A stretch of DNA of 63,948 nucleotides, filler included, from Octopus bimaculoides (GCF_001194135.2; 9 parts of 7 records of this genome joined end to end with filler, not necessarily neighbours in it); one strand, 5' to 3'. Shown: positions 1-13,439, counted from the first letter of the whole stretch. Numbers and translations: made by a program. Notes: generated by a model from the sequence alone, not told the origin.

Positions 1-169
1 AAAACTCTTGATTGGACTATATCAGGTGCAGGAGAAGAGCCATGCAAGGAACGTGAAGAGAGCAAAGCATAAAGACAGAAAATCACGGTGGTGCTCCAGC
101 ATGACCACAGTCACTTGACTGAAACCCATAAATAAATAAATATATATATATATATATATATAGGAAGAC

Positions 170-205
<36 letters not shown>

Positions 206-599
206 GTTTGTGCTATGTATGCATACGGACCAGCAAGCGTGCGCGTGTGTGTGAATCACAGTGAGAAGGAAGTCAAAACTAACGTAAAAGAATGTGACCA
301 GATGTAGAAAATATCTTCGCCTACTCAGACACACATATACACACATAAACGCCTCCACACAGTGCACACACGCATGTACGCATACAGATACGCATGTGCA
401 CATGTAGCGCACGTTTTTCTTTTTTATTTGGTTGATAGACATCTTGAGGGATAGGTCACGCTAACTTAACAAAGAACTTTGAGGAAAAGTTCATTTTCAC
501 AGACTTCGACAAGAGCAATAATAAAATTAAAAAAAAAAACTATAACGAGACAAAAGCAGTAACAAAACTTATATTAAGAGTAATATAGTAAGCAAGACA

Positions 600-676
600 C
601 TCACACGTATACACATGCTTACACATATGCGTACACATACGCACACACACACTCATACACATGAACAAATACACTC

Positions 677-740
<64 letters not shown>

Positions 741-1050
741 GTCTGTCTGTCTGTCTGTCTATATGTATGCATGTATGTTTGTATTGTATACATATACATA
801 TATATATATACATACATACACACACACACACACACATACACACATATATATATGTATGTATGCATACTTTTATGTGTACATTTGTATCTGTATGTGCATT
901 TACGTGTGTGCATATAATGTTCTTGTGCGTATATATACGTGTGTGTGTGTGTGTGTGCATGTTTGTGTGTACTTGTATATTTATATATATATGTATATAC
1001 GTGTATGTAAGTGTGTGCCTATACATACACACGCACACACACACACATTA
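600..1050. repeat. Compound CA/TATC/TGTC/TA/TG microsatellite field, representative of dozens in the window (e.g. 18850-19085, 20280-20830, 27770-28015, 38115-38250, 60200-60660)
   Basis: Direct reading. These fields explain the YI/HT/CV/LS-repeat ORFs. Confidence 0.97.
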
Positions 1051-1114
1051 TAGGGTGTATACAGGGAAATTTATAACAATCCAGAGAAAGAAGGATGGGG
1101 TAGAGTTATATAAT

Positions 1115-1812
1115 TGTCTCTAATTTTGGCCGAAGGCCAGCAATAGGTGAGTGGTTGTGGGGCCTTTGTCGATTACGCCAACCTCACCACGCAACTGAAA
1201 CTACATTTTCTCAACCCTGGAGGGATGAAAGAAAAAGTTAATTTTGGCAGAATTTGAACTTAGTACGGAAAGAGCCAAAACAAAACACCGCAAGGCATTT
1301 GTCCAACGTTCTAATGACATTGTCTATCGACCACATAGGCTAATATGATAAAATTTATTTTCAGCTGAAAAGACAAAAAAATGTAAGTTGTTTTTTTTTA
1401 GAGTTTTTCTACAATAGGCACAAAGCCTCAAACTTGGGGATCAATGAACCTCCCTCTCAGTGCTCAACCCAAAAAGGATAAAAGGAATGTCGGTGGAATT
1501 TGAAGTCACGACGTAAAGCCGGAAGAAATACAGTTAAGCATTTTGTCCGGCGTACTAACAATTCAGCTAGTTTGCCACCTTTCAATGCAAGCTAATAGTC
1601 CTTTCTACTATTGGCACAAGGCCTGAAATTTTGTAGGAGGAGGAAATCAATTACATCAAACCCGGTGCTCAACTGGAACTTATTTTATCGACACGAAAGG
1701 ATGAAATACAAAGTTGACCAGGGCTGTATTTTAACTCAGAACGTAAAGCCGGAAGGAATACAGCTAAGCATTTTGTCCGGTGTGCAAACAATTCTGCCAG
1801 CTCGTAGCCTTA
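1115..1812 (-). mobile_element. Three tandem, same-orientation SINE family C copies (about 1115-1335, 1405-1580, 1600-1812)
   Basis: Each shows ggcacaaggcc...cagtgctcaactg...ggatgaaa...gaatttgaactcagaacgtaaag...ctaagcattttgtccgg on the plus strand. Confidence 0.75.
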
Positions 1813-3739
1813 ACGCAAAGCTAATGATAGAAAAAAAAATATTTGATTTGGTAGGAATGTGTAATAGTATTATACAAGAAAGTTCAGCAACAATTTCATT
1901 TTCAGACGACGAAAACGTTGTATATGAAAAATACATTAATAATAGAAAACCACTTAATTGTTTGGCATATATTACAAAGTGTTTGGTACGAGTCAGTCTG
2001 GCAAGCAACCGTTAGACATTTTAGAATTATTTATTGGAAAATTTTTTCCATGGAGGAAATAAATATCAAATCTGAAGGGGTTTGAGATTATGATTAAGAT
2101 GTTTGTAATGTATTTTTTGGTAAAGAAAATATTCCATGTATATTACAAACATCGTTAACTTGATAATAAGCTTATTTTAGCCTGTTTCTTTCATTCATTT
2201 TTTTTTTCCCCAAAGATCTTTCGGGATTCCTGAAAGTATACTTATGTTGATTGTTTCATGTTATTAAAAAGATTTTCAATAACATCGTTGTAACCTTTAA
2301 AAGTTGAATTATTAAATGTAGATGCATTCGAACTTTCGATTTCGAAAGTTTTAAACTTCTTAGCGGACAAATTTACATGTATTAAACAATATCAACAATG
2401 AAATCATGATTAAGATTTCTAAGCAAATTTTAGTGTACAACTAAATTTAAGATTATTTCTTGAAAAAAAAAAAAAAAAAAAGGATGTCTATGACATTTCG
2501 AATAATACTTATCTTATAAGTTAAACAAATGATTAGCGATTCCTCGTTTACAATGTACAGAGCATTAAACCAAAATACTTCTTTGTTTCTGCTTCTTCCG
2601 TATCTGAGAATTGATATTATAGTTTATATTATAAATATCATCTTTAAAAATAGTGTTTTAACGCTTAGCATGAGGGCCCACTTTNNNNNNNNNNNNNNNN
2701 NNNNNNNNNNNNNNNNNNNNNNNNNNNNNNNNNNNNNNNNNNNNNNNNNNNNNNNNNNNNNNNNNNNNNNNNNNNNNNNNNNNNNNNNNNNNNNNNNNNN
2801 NNNNNNNNNNNNNNNNNNNNNNNNNNNNNNNNNNNNNNNNNNNNNNNNNNNNNNNNNNNNNNNNNNNNNNNNNNNNNNNNNNNNNNNNNNNNNNNNNNNN
2901 NNNNNNNNNNNNNNNNNNNNNNNNNNNNNNNNNNNNNNNNNNNNNNNNNNNNNNNNNNNNNNNNNNNNNNNNNNNNNNNNNNNNNNNNNNNNNNNNNNNN
3001 NNNNNNNNNNNNNNNNNNNNNNNNNNNNNNNNNNNNNNNNNNNNNNNNNNNNNNNNNNNNNNNNNNNNNNNNNNNNNNNNNNNNNNNNNNNNNNNNNNNN
3101 NNNNNNNNNNNNNNNNNNNNNNNNNNNNNNNNNNNNNNNNNNNNNNNNNNNNNNNNNNNNNNNNNNNNNNNNNNNNNNNNNNNNNNNNNNNNNNNNNNNN
3201 NNNNNNNNNNNNNNNNNNNNNNNNNNNNNNNNNNNNNNNNNNNNNNNNNNNNNNNNNNNNNNNNNNNNNNNNNNNNNNNNNNNNNNNNNNNNNNNNNNNN
3301 NNNNNNNNNNNNNNNNNNNNNNNNNNNNNNNNNNNNNNNNNNNNNNNNNNNNNNNNNNNNNNNNNNNNNNNNNNNNNNNNNNNNNNNNNNNNNNNNNNNN
3401 NNNNNNNNNNNNNNNNNNNNNNNNNNNNNNNNNNNNNNNNNNNNNNNNNNNNNNNNNNNNNNNNNNNNNNNNNNNNNNNNNNNNNNNNNNNNNNNNNNNN
3501 NNNNNNNNNNNNNNNNNNNNNNNNNNNNNNNNNNNNNNNNNNNNNNNNNNNNNNNNNNNNNNNNNNNNNNNNNNNNNNNNNNNNNNNNNNNNNNNNNNNN
3601 NNNNNNNNNNNNNNNNNNNNNNNNNNNNAGTGGTGGTGGTGGTAGTGGTGGTGGTGGTGGTGGTGGTGCGTTGAGCTGTTGGGAAATGGTGATAGTGGAG
3701 GTTCTACCGTTATTCACGCCGTTGGTTTGGTATTTCCTA

Positions 3740-3779
<40 letters not shown>

Positions 3780-3925
3780 ACCTCACCATCGTCATCATCA
3801 TCACTATCATCATCACCATAATCACTATCATTCGCTAGCAATGACTCTACCGCCGTATTGTCCTCATCCCAATCACCCGCACCCCAATACCACCGCCATC
3901 ATTATCAACGTTAAATAATAACTCC

Positions 3926-3982
<57 letters not shown>

Positions 3983-4824
3983 CGTATTTATGTGATTGCA
4001 TTCCTGTCTGTAGCAATATGTATCTTTACATCATACAATGGTAAGTAAACACACGTATACACATACATATGGACGACATATATATATATATTTGTGCATG
4101 TGTATTTACATATGTATATGCATGCATACAGAAGTGTATATTAGTATATATATACATACACACGCATATACCTACATATATGCATGTATATATAGATGTG
4201 TGTGTGTATAAATATATATATATATATATGCATGTTGACACATACATATAATACATGTATATATATGTATATATATATATATATNNNNNNNNNNNNNNNN
4301 NNNNNNNNNNNNNNNNNNNNNNNNNNNNNNNNNNNNNNNNNNNNNNNNNNNNNNNNNNNNNNNNNNNNNNNNNNNNNNNNNNNNNNNNNNNNNNNNNNNN
4401 NNNNNNNNNNNNNNNNNNNNNNNNNNNNNNNNNNNNNNNNNNNNNNNNNNNNNNNNNNNNNNNNNNNNNNNNNNNNNNNNNNNNNNNNNNNNNNNNNNNN
4501 NNNNNNNNNNNNNNNNNNNNNNNNNNNNNNNNNNNNNNNNNNNNNNNNNNNNNNNNNNNNNNNNNNNNNNNNNNNNNNNNNNNNNNNNNNNNNNNNNNNN
4601 NNNNNNNNNNNNNNNNNNNNNNNNNNNNNNNNNNNNNNNNNNNNNNNNNNNNNNNNNNNNNNNNNNNNNNNNNNNNNNNNNNNNNNNNNNNNNNNNNNNN
4701 NNNNNNNNNNNNNNNNNNNNNNNNNNNNNNNNNNNNNNNNNNNNNNNNNNNNNNNNNNNNNNNNNNNNNNNNNNNNNNNNNNNNNNNNNNNNNNNNNNNN
4801 NNNNNNNNNNNNNNNNNNNNNNNN

Positions 4825-4892
<68 letters not shown>

Positions 4893-6181
4893 TGTGCGCG
4901 CGCACATTTATTTATATATGTTCTCTTCTGTTTTTAGTCACTTAAATTCTTCCTTTGAGGAAGGAGCCAGTTTCTAACAAAAGTTTTGCATATTTTTATT
5001 GTTCCGCTTACTGAGTATATTTGTAATGTGCGAATTAGTTGGTTTCTTCTGAAAATCCAAGCTTATTCCGACTGTCAGGCATTTGCTCACAAAACCAAAT
5101 CCACCAATTATTATTGGTATAAATGTAAATTTGTAATCTGGATTTTTTTTTTTGTATATGTATTAGCATCATTTTAATTGTTGTCTTCGTGTGGCCCTAA
5201 GCCTTTATTCTGTTTATTGTCTGTTATACTTTGGTACCATTCCCGGCAAGTTTCTTGCCGCTGCCTCCAGAGTGGAAGGAATATTATCGATAATGGCCGA
5301 AATTGCGCTCGACCCTCTGGCCGATAACTGAAGAGGAGCTGGTGATCCTCTGTTTTCTGTTGGATTGTGTATTTAGTATATGTTCGTATGTTTATTTACA
5401 ACTCATTCAAAAAAAATTATATATATATGTATGTGTGTGAGTATATATATATATATATATATNNNNNNNNNNNNNNNNNNNNNNNNNNNNNNNNNNNNNN
5501 NNNNNNNNNNNNNNNNNNNNNNNNNNNNNNNNNNNNNNNNNNNNNNNNNNNNNNNNNNNNNNNNNNNNNNNNNNNNNNNNNNNNNNNNNNNNNNNNNNNN
5601 NNNNNNNNNNNNNNNNNNNNNNNNNNNNNNNNNNNNNNNNNNNNNNNNNNNNNNNNNNNNNNNNNNNNNNNNNNNNNNNNNNNNNNNNNNNNNNNNNNNN
5701 NNNNNNNNNNNNNNNNNNNNNNNNNNNNNNNNNNNNNNNNNNNNNNNNNNNNNNNNNNNNNNNNNNNNNNNNNNNNNNNNNNNNNNNNNNNNNNNNNNNN
5801 NNNNNNNNNNNNNNNNNNNNNNNNNNNNNNNNNNNNNNNNNNNNNNNNNNNNNNNNNNNNNNNNNNNNNNNNNNNNNNNNNNNNNNNNNNNNNNNNNNNN
5901 NNNNNNNNNNNNNNNNNNNNNNNNNNNNNNNNNNNNNNNNNNNNNNNNNNNNNNNNNNNNNNNNNNNNNNNNNNNNNNNNNNNNNNNNNNNNNNNNNNNN
6001 NNNNNNNNNNNNNNNNNNNNNNNNNNNNNNNNNNNNNNNNNNNNNNNNNNNNNNNNNNNNNNNNNNNNNNNNNNNNNNNNNNNNNNNNNNNNNNNNNNNN
6101 NNNNNNNNNNNNNNNNNNNNNNNNNNNNNNNNNNNNNNNNNNNNNNNNNNNNNNNNNNNNNNNNNNNNNNNNNNNNNNNNN

Positions 6182-6230
<49 letters not shown>

Positions 6231-6264
6231 TATGCGCTCACACATATTTACATACATACACAAA

Positions 6265-6541
6265 CAGTAATACTTAACTTTACGAGTACCCGCTTTACGA
6301 GACCCCGAGTTTACGAGTTTTATTTTATAATAAATATATAAAGGTTAAACAGCCATTTTGTGTATGTGACAACGTCGCAACATGTGGCAACACTGGTTCT
6401 GCCGCGTCTACACAGCAACAGAATAAAATGACGACATAAAATTTCATTGCTGCTATGGGAAAATTATTGCTCTGCTTTACGAGTTTTCGCTTTACGAGCG
6501 ATCTCCGAGAGCACCTCAATTCGTATATCAAGGCATTGCTA
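6265..6541. mobile_element. Tigger/pogo-like MITE with degenerate TIRs
   Basis: Left CAGTAATACTTAACTTTACGA versus right reverse complement TAGCAATGCCTTGATATACGA (13 of 21). Five internal TTTACGAG repeats are clustered near both ends. Confidence 0.55.
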
Positions 6542-6997
6542 TATATTCATATGTATGTTTATATATAATATGATACAGCTTTTCTTATCGTTCGTTTAGA
6601 CAAATTTCGTGACTGACGTCAATGAATCTATTATACATTGTATTCTATGCATATTTTGCGCATCACACCCTTGCCCATCTTCTGGTGATAGATTGTTAGC
6701 TTAAGGTATCTGCTGTACTTTCTGTATCTTATAAAACATTATGAAGGGTCGAGTAGCTCTTTAATTAGTCATACATATATTAGAGTAAGTGGCTAATCTG
6801 ATGATTAATGATGGAGAATTAATAAACGTTGACATAATTTGTATGATGAGCTGAAACTGATTAGCTAGAGTTAATTACTATTAACAAAGTTAATTAAAGC
6901 AACGATTAAATTAAATACCCTAGTCATTAATATATCCCCCCTAAATATTGTCGATGTTTTATAACATTGGAATAAATTTCGGATTCCACTATTCAGT

Positions 6998-7107
<110 letters not shown>

Positions 7108-7109
7108 TG

Positions 7110-7262
7110 TGTGTGTGGTAAGTAGCTTGCTTACCAACCACATGGTTCCGGGATCAATCCCGTGCGTCACACCTTGGGCAAGTGTCTTCTACAATAGCCT
7201 TAGGCCGACCAAAGTCTTGTGAGTGGATTTGGTAGACGGAAACTGAAAGAAGCTCGTCGTAT
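7110..7262 (+). mobile_element. SINE family A head
   Basis: gtgtggtaagtagcttgcttaccaaccacatggttccggg...ggaaactgaaagaagctcgtcg. Confidence 0.85.
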
Positions 7263-7263
7263 G

Positions 7264-7294
<31 letters not shown>

Positions 7295-7394
7295 NNNNNN
7301 NNNNNNNNNNNNNNNNNNNNNNNNNNNNNNNNNNNNNNTTAATTAATTAANNNNNNNNNNNNNNNNNNNNNNNNNNNNNNNNNNNNNNNNNNNN
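7295..7394. other. Artificial scaffold-join linker N44-TTAATTAATTAA-N44 (8 copies; 12-mer starts at 7339, 17177, 24653, 40432, 53612, 58310, 61001, 62877)
   Basis: The identical 100-nt structure recurs eight times and the 12-mer has stops in all six frames. Confidence 0.95.
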
Positions 7395-7761
7395 AGTTTC
7401 AGGATGTTGACAAAATGTGCAGTCACGCACAAAATGACAGCTTTGAAATCGTATTTCTTGACTGGGTAAAAATGATCAAATTTTAAACCTCTATAACTTT
7501 TTTAAAACATTTTTTCTGGAAAAAGTTGAATAACTCCAGTAATTTAGCTTGGAAAAGTACATTAATGTGCCAAATTTTAAAATTTTCGATAAACTTTAAT
7601 TTTTGAAATGCTGGACAGGAATAACGAACTAGATCCGTATTATTTGCTCCAGTAAAGACATGTCATCTGACTCTGCTCTATTGACTTCTTCTCTTTGGGA
7701 ATACCATACTACCTTTCTGACGCCATCTGTAGAAATTCGTTTTCACATTTTCACTTTACTG

Positions 7762-8998
7762 ATGCCTCCAATCAAGAAAATTCGTCGACAGTATAGCAGT
7801 GATTATTTATCGTTTGGATTTATTCCCTCTCCTCAGAACTGTTAGTTACCAATGTGCCTTCTTTGCATCAAACATTGACCAACGAAGTAATGAAACCTTC
7901 ACGCTTGAAGTATCACTTTGATGCAAAGTATTCTGACAAGAAGGACACGCCGTTATCATACTTTTTGCAACTAAGCTCCTCTTTCAAAAAGTAAATACAA
8001 ACATTCAACATGCTACTCCAGGAAACTAGTAAACAGGAGAATGACGGGTTGATTGCCTCGTACAACATTGCATTGCTTGTTGCTAAGTCTGGGAAGTTTC
8101 ACACAATTGGAGAAACATTACTTCGCCCAGTTATCGAAGAGGTTTTGTTAACCGTTATGCATGAAAAACCTGATTACATTATGAAGAAGATCCCTCTTAG
8201 TAATAACACAATTTCTCGAAGCATCGATGAAATGGCCAACGATGTCAAACATCAGCTCATTAATGTTCTCTAGCGTTCTGAATTGTTCATACAAGTGGAC
8301 AGTCAATGTTTTATGATAGTATATGTTCGGTATTTCAGCGAAGACCTTCAGCCTTGTGAGAAAATGCTGTTCACAAAATTAAATGATTTAAATAGGTTAT
8401 TGCCAGGAAACAGAAAAATCTCGTTGATTGTAAATCATTTATCACTACCTTCATTTCGAAATTGGTGCAGTGTAAGACTAACATTTCAAAGCATCAATTC
8501 CATCAATTTCCACAATTTAATTCTTTGAAAGATGAATTAGTTGATGAGGATTTAACTACATATCGCAACTTTTTACAATCATAGCACGATAACATGGTGG
8601 AACGATTTCAAGATGTTATTGCGCTGAATATTCCAAATTGGTATAGCAATCCGTTTGAGGTCAATTGCGAGGATGACGTTCAGTAGGAACTGATAGAATT
8701 ACAAAATGACAATGACGCCACCATGCGATATCGCCGTAATGGCAAAGAAGTTTTGTGGTACCATTGGAGTATATTGAATTCCTACCCCAGTCTGTGGAAA
8801 TATATGAAATTACTTTTTCTTGCCTTCCCTACCTCATACCTGGTTGAATCTGGTTTTAACCATGTTGGAACTCTATTTTCCCATAAAAGAATTGGACTGG
8901 ATGTGACACAACGAGGAGACTTGCGGCTAAAGTTGACAAGTTTGAAACCGAATGTATCTGCACTAGCTGCATCGCACCAGACACATGGTTCTCATTAA
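7762..8998 (+). pseudogene. hAT (Buster/Charlie/ZBED8-like) transposase pseudogene, internally deleted
   Basis: ATG at 7762 gives MPPIKKIRRQYSSDYLSFGF, then PMCLLC..MKPSRLKYH (BED-like), ASYNIALLVAKSGKFHTIGETLLRPV and IPLSNNTISRSIDEMA. The C-terminus FPTSYLVESGF...LDVTQRGDLRLKLTSLKPNVSALAASHQTHGSH* is typical of Buster-type transposases. Multiple stops and frameshifts; about 1.24 kb, shorter than a full transposase. No TIRs located. Confidence 0.9.
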
Positions 8999-9329
8999 AA
9001 AGTTTTATTCTTTTCCTTTATAGTACAATCATTAATTATTTTTGTATCGGTAATTCTAATCAATGGTTCATTTGGGGAAAACGAAAATCAGTGTAAAAGA
9101 AAGCGCAAGTTTCCAGAAGTTAATCTGCCTGAAAAATATAGAGTTAACGTTAAAATTTTATTGACACTAATGACAAAACTAAACCCATAATAAGGAATTT
9201 GTAAACAACTGCATATTTAATACAAACGGCACTAACAGGGCAACGAGTCTACGATATAGTGTGTGTGTCAAATATACGGTGGCGGGTTAGGGGATTTTGT
9301 GTTGCGGGGGTTGTGTCAGGGTTTTTTTA

Positions 9330-9712
9330 CACACGTATGTATGTTCACATCTGGGTGTGTCTGTCTTTGTGTTTATCTTCCATCACCGCTTAACAATCGG
9401 TGTTTATTTGTTAAGTCAAAAGAGACCGATAGACTAAGTACCAGCACTAGCGTAGCTAGAGTGTGTGTGCCGCCCGGGACGGCTCTTCCATTTGCCCCCC
9501 CCCCCAGACCACACAAAAAATACATATTGCCTACAGCAGACTAAAAGTGCGGACCGCCCCTGCCGCCACCCCACCTCCTAGTTACGCTAGTGAATACCAG
9601 GCTTTAAAAAATTACGTACTGGGGTCGATTTGTACGTGTTTAAACTCTTTAAGGCGATACCTCAATATGGCCGCAGTCCAATGATCGAAACATGCCAAAA
9701 AGGTACAATTAA
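9330..9712 (+). mobile_element. SINE family A body and tail, interrupted by a hAT MITE
   Basis: cgcttaacaatcggtg...aagagaccgatagactaagtaccag | MITE | gctttaaaaaattacgtactggggtcgatttg...atggccgcagtccaatgatcgaaaca. Confidence 0.75.
9445..9592. mobile_element. 148-bp hAT-type MITE inserted in a SINE
   Basis: TIRs CACTAGCGTAGCTAG / CTAGTTACGCTAGTG (14 of 15 match). 8-bp TSD agtaccag (9437-9444) / aataccag (9593-9600). Confidence 0.85.
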
Positions 9713-10630
9713 AATTCCAGTCAAGTAACTGGGAACGATTTAATTTTTATGTAATGCACTCTAGATGTGAATATAATTATAATAGAAAGATACCAGATGG
9801 ATGAAAGGCGAGTTGACCTCTGCGAGATTTGAACTCAGAACATAGAGTTCATTGACTAAAAACACAATGAGGTATTGTTAACGTTTAAGATAAAAATCTC
9901 AGTGTTATGCAGTTAATTATTGAAAATTACTAGTTACTCTCGGGGCAATCAAGAACGAATTTATTGTTGAAATTATGAGGTCAAAAGGCGAAGCTAAATT
10001 AATACTTTTGCAATTGATAATTAGAGCAGAGAAAGATGAGAAAATAGTTAATTCGACGACAAAATTACAGCAAATAACAATGGGCATAACCACCGCTGTC
10101 CAACTGACAAATAGCAGCCCTATTTCACACACGCACGCACGCACACACACACACACACATGATGGACAGGCGGTTGTTAATGGTATCTCCTATTTTTCTC
10201 AAATCCGTTTCTCTTCGTTCGAGGTCTGGTCTGAGCAATAACTGTCTGTATATATTATATGCATTTTTAAACATATTTTTTTTACCCATTGTGTGTAAAT
10301 GAAACATTTTGCTTTTCCCCATTTCTTTATTGATATGAAGATAAAATACAACTTTCATCAGAATAAATCTTCTGTCTTTGCTGTGGATGATGTTGGCCAA
10401 GTTTAAGACATTTAAAAATCATATCTTTTTTTGTGGCGGACGTCAGCAATAGGTTGCACACACAAGCTGGAATTTTTCCATTTTGTTTGTTTGTTTGAAA
10501 GAAAGAAAGAAAAAAAGAAAGAAAGGAAGGAAGGAAGGAAGGCAGGAAAGAAAGGAAGACATTTTAAATTAAAAAAAAAAAATAATAGAAAATTCGGAAA
10601 ATGATTTTTCTATAACAAAAGCAATGAAGC

Positions 10631-10680
10631 TATAGGAAAGTTGGTTATACATCATTAGATGTATACCTGACTTTCCTATA
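10631..10680 (+). repeat. 50-nt hairpin (23-bp arms, 4-nt loop)
   Basis: tataggaaagttggttatacatc-atta-gatgtatacctgactttcctata: 20 Watson-Crick pairs, 2 G-U pairs, 1 mismatch. Confidence 0.9.
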
Positions 10681-11713
10681 TAAAATTAATGAATATAACG
10701 GAACGCTGAACTCCAGACTATCAACTTAAACAACATTTATTCAGGTGGTAAATATATACATCATTAGCTCTTGTTGTTACAGCTTCTATCTGTGTGAGCA
10801 TAGTTGTTGGGACGTTGTTATGTAGATGTAAGCGAGCTGTCGAGTGTAAGTTCGAAAGATGAAGAGAGACAGCTAAACACGTAAAGAGNNNNNNNNNNNN
10901 NNNNNNNNNNNNNNNNNNNNNNNNNNNNNNNNNNNNNNNNNNNNNNNNNNNNNNNNNNNNNNNNNNNNNNNNNNNNNNNNNNNNNNNNNNNNNNNNNNNN
11001 NNNNNNNNNNNNNNNNNNNNNNNNNNNNNNNNNNNNNNNNNNNNNNNNNNNNNNNNNNNNNNNNNNNNNNNNNNNNNNNNNNNNNNNNNNNNNNNNNNNN
11101 NNNNNNNNNNNNNNNNNNNNNNNNNNNNNNNNNNNNNNNNNNNNNNNNNNNNNNNNNNNNNNNNNNNNNNNNNNNNNNNNNNNNNNNNNNNNNNNNNNNN
11201 NNNNNNNNNNNNNNNNNNNNNNNNNNNNNNNNNNNNNNNNNNNNNNNNNNNNNNNNNNNNNNNNNNNNNNNNNNNNNNNNNNNNNNNNNNNNNNNNNNNN
11301 NNNNNNNNNNNNNNNNNNNNNNNNNNNNNNNNNNNNNNNNNNNNNNNNNNNNNNNNNNNNNNNNNNNNNNNNNNNNNNNNNNNNNNNNNNNNNNNNNNNN
11401 NNNNNNNNNNNNNNNNNNNNNNNNNNNNNNNNNNNNNNNNNNNNNNNNNNNNNNNNNNNNNNNNNNNNNNNNNNNNNNNNNNNNNNNNNNNNNNNNNNNN
11501 NNNNNNNNNNNNNNNNNNNNNNNNNNNNNNNNNNNNNNNNNNNNNNNNNNNNNNNNNNNNNNNNNNNNNNNNNNNNNNNNNNNNNNNNNNNNNNNNNNNN
11601 NNNNNNNNNNNNNNNNNNNNNNNNNNNNNNNNNNNNNNNNNNNNNNNNNNNNNNNNNNNNNNNNNNNNNNNNNNNNNNNNNNNNNNNNNNNNNNNNNNNN
11701 NNNNNNNNNNNNN

Positions 11714-12620
11714 GGCTAAAAAGTCCCCCGGACCAGTAGTTGATTCTCGTCGACGCCCAGAATTTCCTCAAGAACGTTATTGCTCTTGCCCCCCCACCAC
11801 CACCGAACCTCTATAGAACGTATAAGTGGAACTTCCACAGACTCCATTGCCCGACTGGCTAAGGGTTGTGAGCATCTGACGACACTCTAGGTGTCAGGTG
11901 CTTTGCTTTGGTGTACGCTTGATCCAAGACTGCAGCTTAGTCAGAGTACTTGCGGAAAAGCGAGTCTGAAAAACGGTGATCACATCTACACACTGCCAAG
12001 AAAACACTGACGATGTCGCAACCTTAGCACATGTCTGCGCATCAGCAACCACAGAGTGCTTTGTGTTCTACTTAGCAGGTGTTAACAACAAATAGAGTGC
12101 AAGACTAGTTGAATGCGTACCTTCCACAGAAAGCGAAAAAAGCAGGCGTTCCAGTCCTGTGAGATGTGACCTGGGGAAAGGCACAAGGGTCTGGGTGGTA
12201 ATTTTTTGACGGATACCGTGTAAGCATTTCAGGGATAATTTTATCTCAAGCCATTTCTGGATGAGAATGGCCCCTTAGCTCGCCACTTCATCCTAGTTCT
12301 TCTCACTTGGAAATCTGGATCAAATTAGACCCTGAGTAATTAAACTAGCCCCTCCGCTCTGCGCGCCACGATGTTGTTGGACAGCTTCTCTAGAAACCGA
12401 GCTGCAGTCTTACTGACTTTTCTTGGTTGCTTTTTACTCCTGTCACCTCATCGTAGTCCCTCAGAGTAGTGCATATCACCTCAATGTACTTGGTATCCGA
12501 CACTATGATGGTGACGTCGTCCGTATATGCCGACACAGTTCTTCCACGTCCTAGCTCGCGCGAGATATCTGTAAGGGACGACCGTGCGAACTCATAAAAG
12601 GAGAAATGGTGACGAATGGA
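11714..12620 (-). mobile_element. L1/Tx1-clade LINE reverse transcriptase fragment, decayed
   Basis: Minus strand reads VSAYTDDVTIIVSD...LRDYDEVTGVKSNQEKSV (YTDD at 12516-12527), matching the Tx1-type SAYADD...GAKIN.EKS region. Downstream coding is degenerate. Confidence 0.75.
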
Positions 12621-13439
12621 AAAACAGAGGACTCCTTTTATTTAAACGGGTTACACGGTCGAACACAAAATAGATATATATCGAAGATGATATATATGAT
12701 ATGTTATGCGACGATAACATAGATGACCAGTAATGAAAGACCACAACCGTATTAGATGAATAACAGAGATATTTATTGTAGCGTTAAAGATGTATGTCTG
12801 TGTGTGAGTGTGAATGCGACATATAAGAACATAATCAAAGAGAGGCCGTCATACAAAGAAAAGTGTGTATGTGAGTGATACATGTATGTGTATGTGTATT
12901 ATTACAGCAGATAGAAAGAGAGTCAATAACACGTGAACAATTATACCAGTTCTTGGGTACACAATAATATGAATCTGTATGTGAAGTGAGTTGGCTGAGT
13001 TTGGCAGAGCTGATCACTAANNNNNNNNNNNNNNNNNNNNNNNNNNNNNNNNNNNNNNNNNNNNNNNNNNNNNNNNNNNNNNNNNNNNNNNNNNNNNNNN
13101 NNNNNNNNNNNNNNNNNNNNNNNNNNNNNNNNNNNNNNNNNNNNNNNNNNNNNNNNNNNNNNNNNNNNNNNNNNNNNNNNNNNNNNNNNNNNNNNNNNNN
13201 NNNNNNNNNNNNNNNNNNNNNNNNNNNNNNNNNNNNNNNNNNNNNNNNNNNNNNNNNNNNNNNNNNNNNNNNNNNNNNNNNNNNNNNNNNNNNNNNNNNN
13301 NNNNNNNNNNNNNNNNNNNNNNNNNNNNNNNNNNNNNNNNNNNNNNNNNNNNNNNNNNNNNNNNNNNNNNNNNNNNNNNNNNNNNNNNNNNNNNNNNNNN
13401 NNNNNNNNNNNNNNNNNNNNNNNNNCAGATGGTAGAAAT

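Noticed and set aside
3630-3918. Poly-His / poly-Pro ORFs (also 44211-44593 and 47538-47884)
   Set aside because: (CAT)n and (GGT)n low-complexity tracts with no splice or homology support.
7339-7350. Recurrent TTAATTAATTAA as a biological motif or piggyBac TTAA array
   Set aside because: Always centred in exactly 44+44 Ns; it is an assembly linker.
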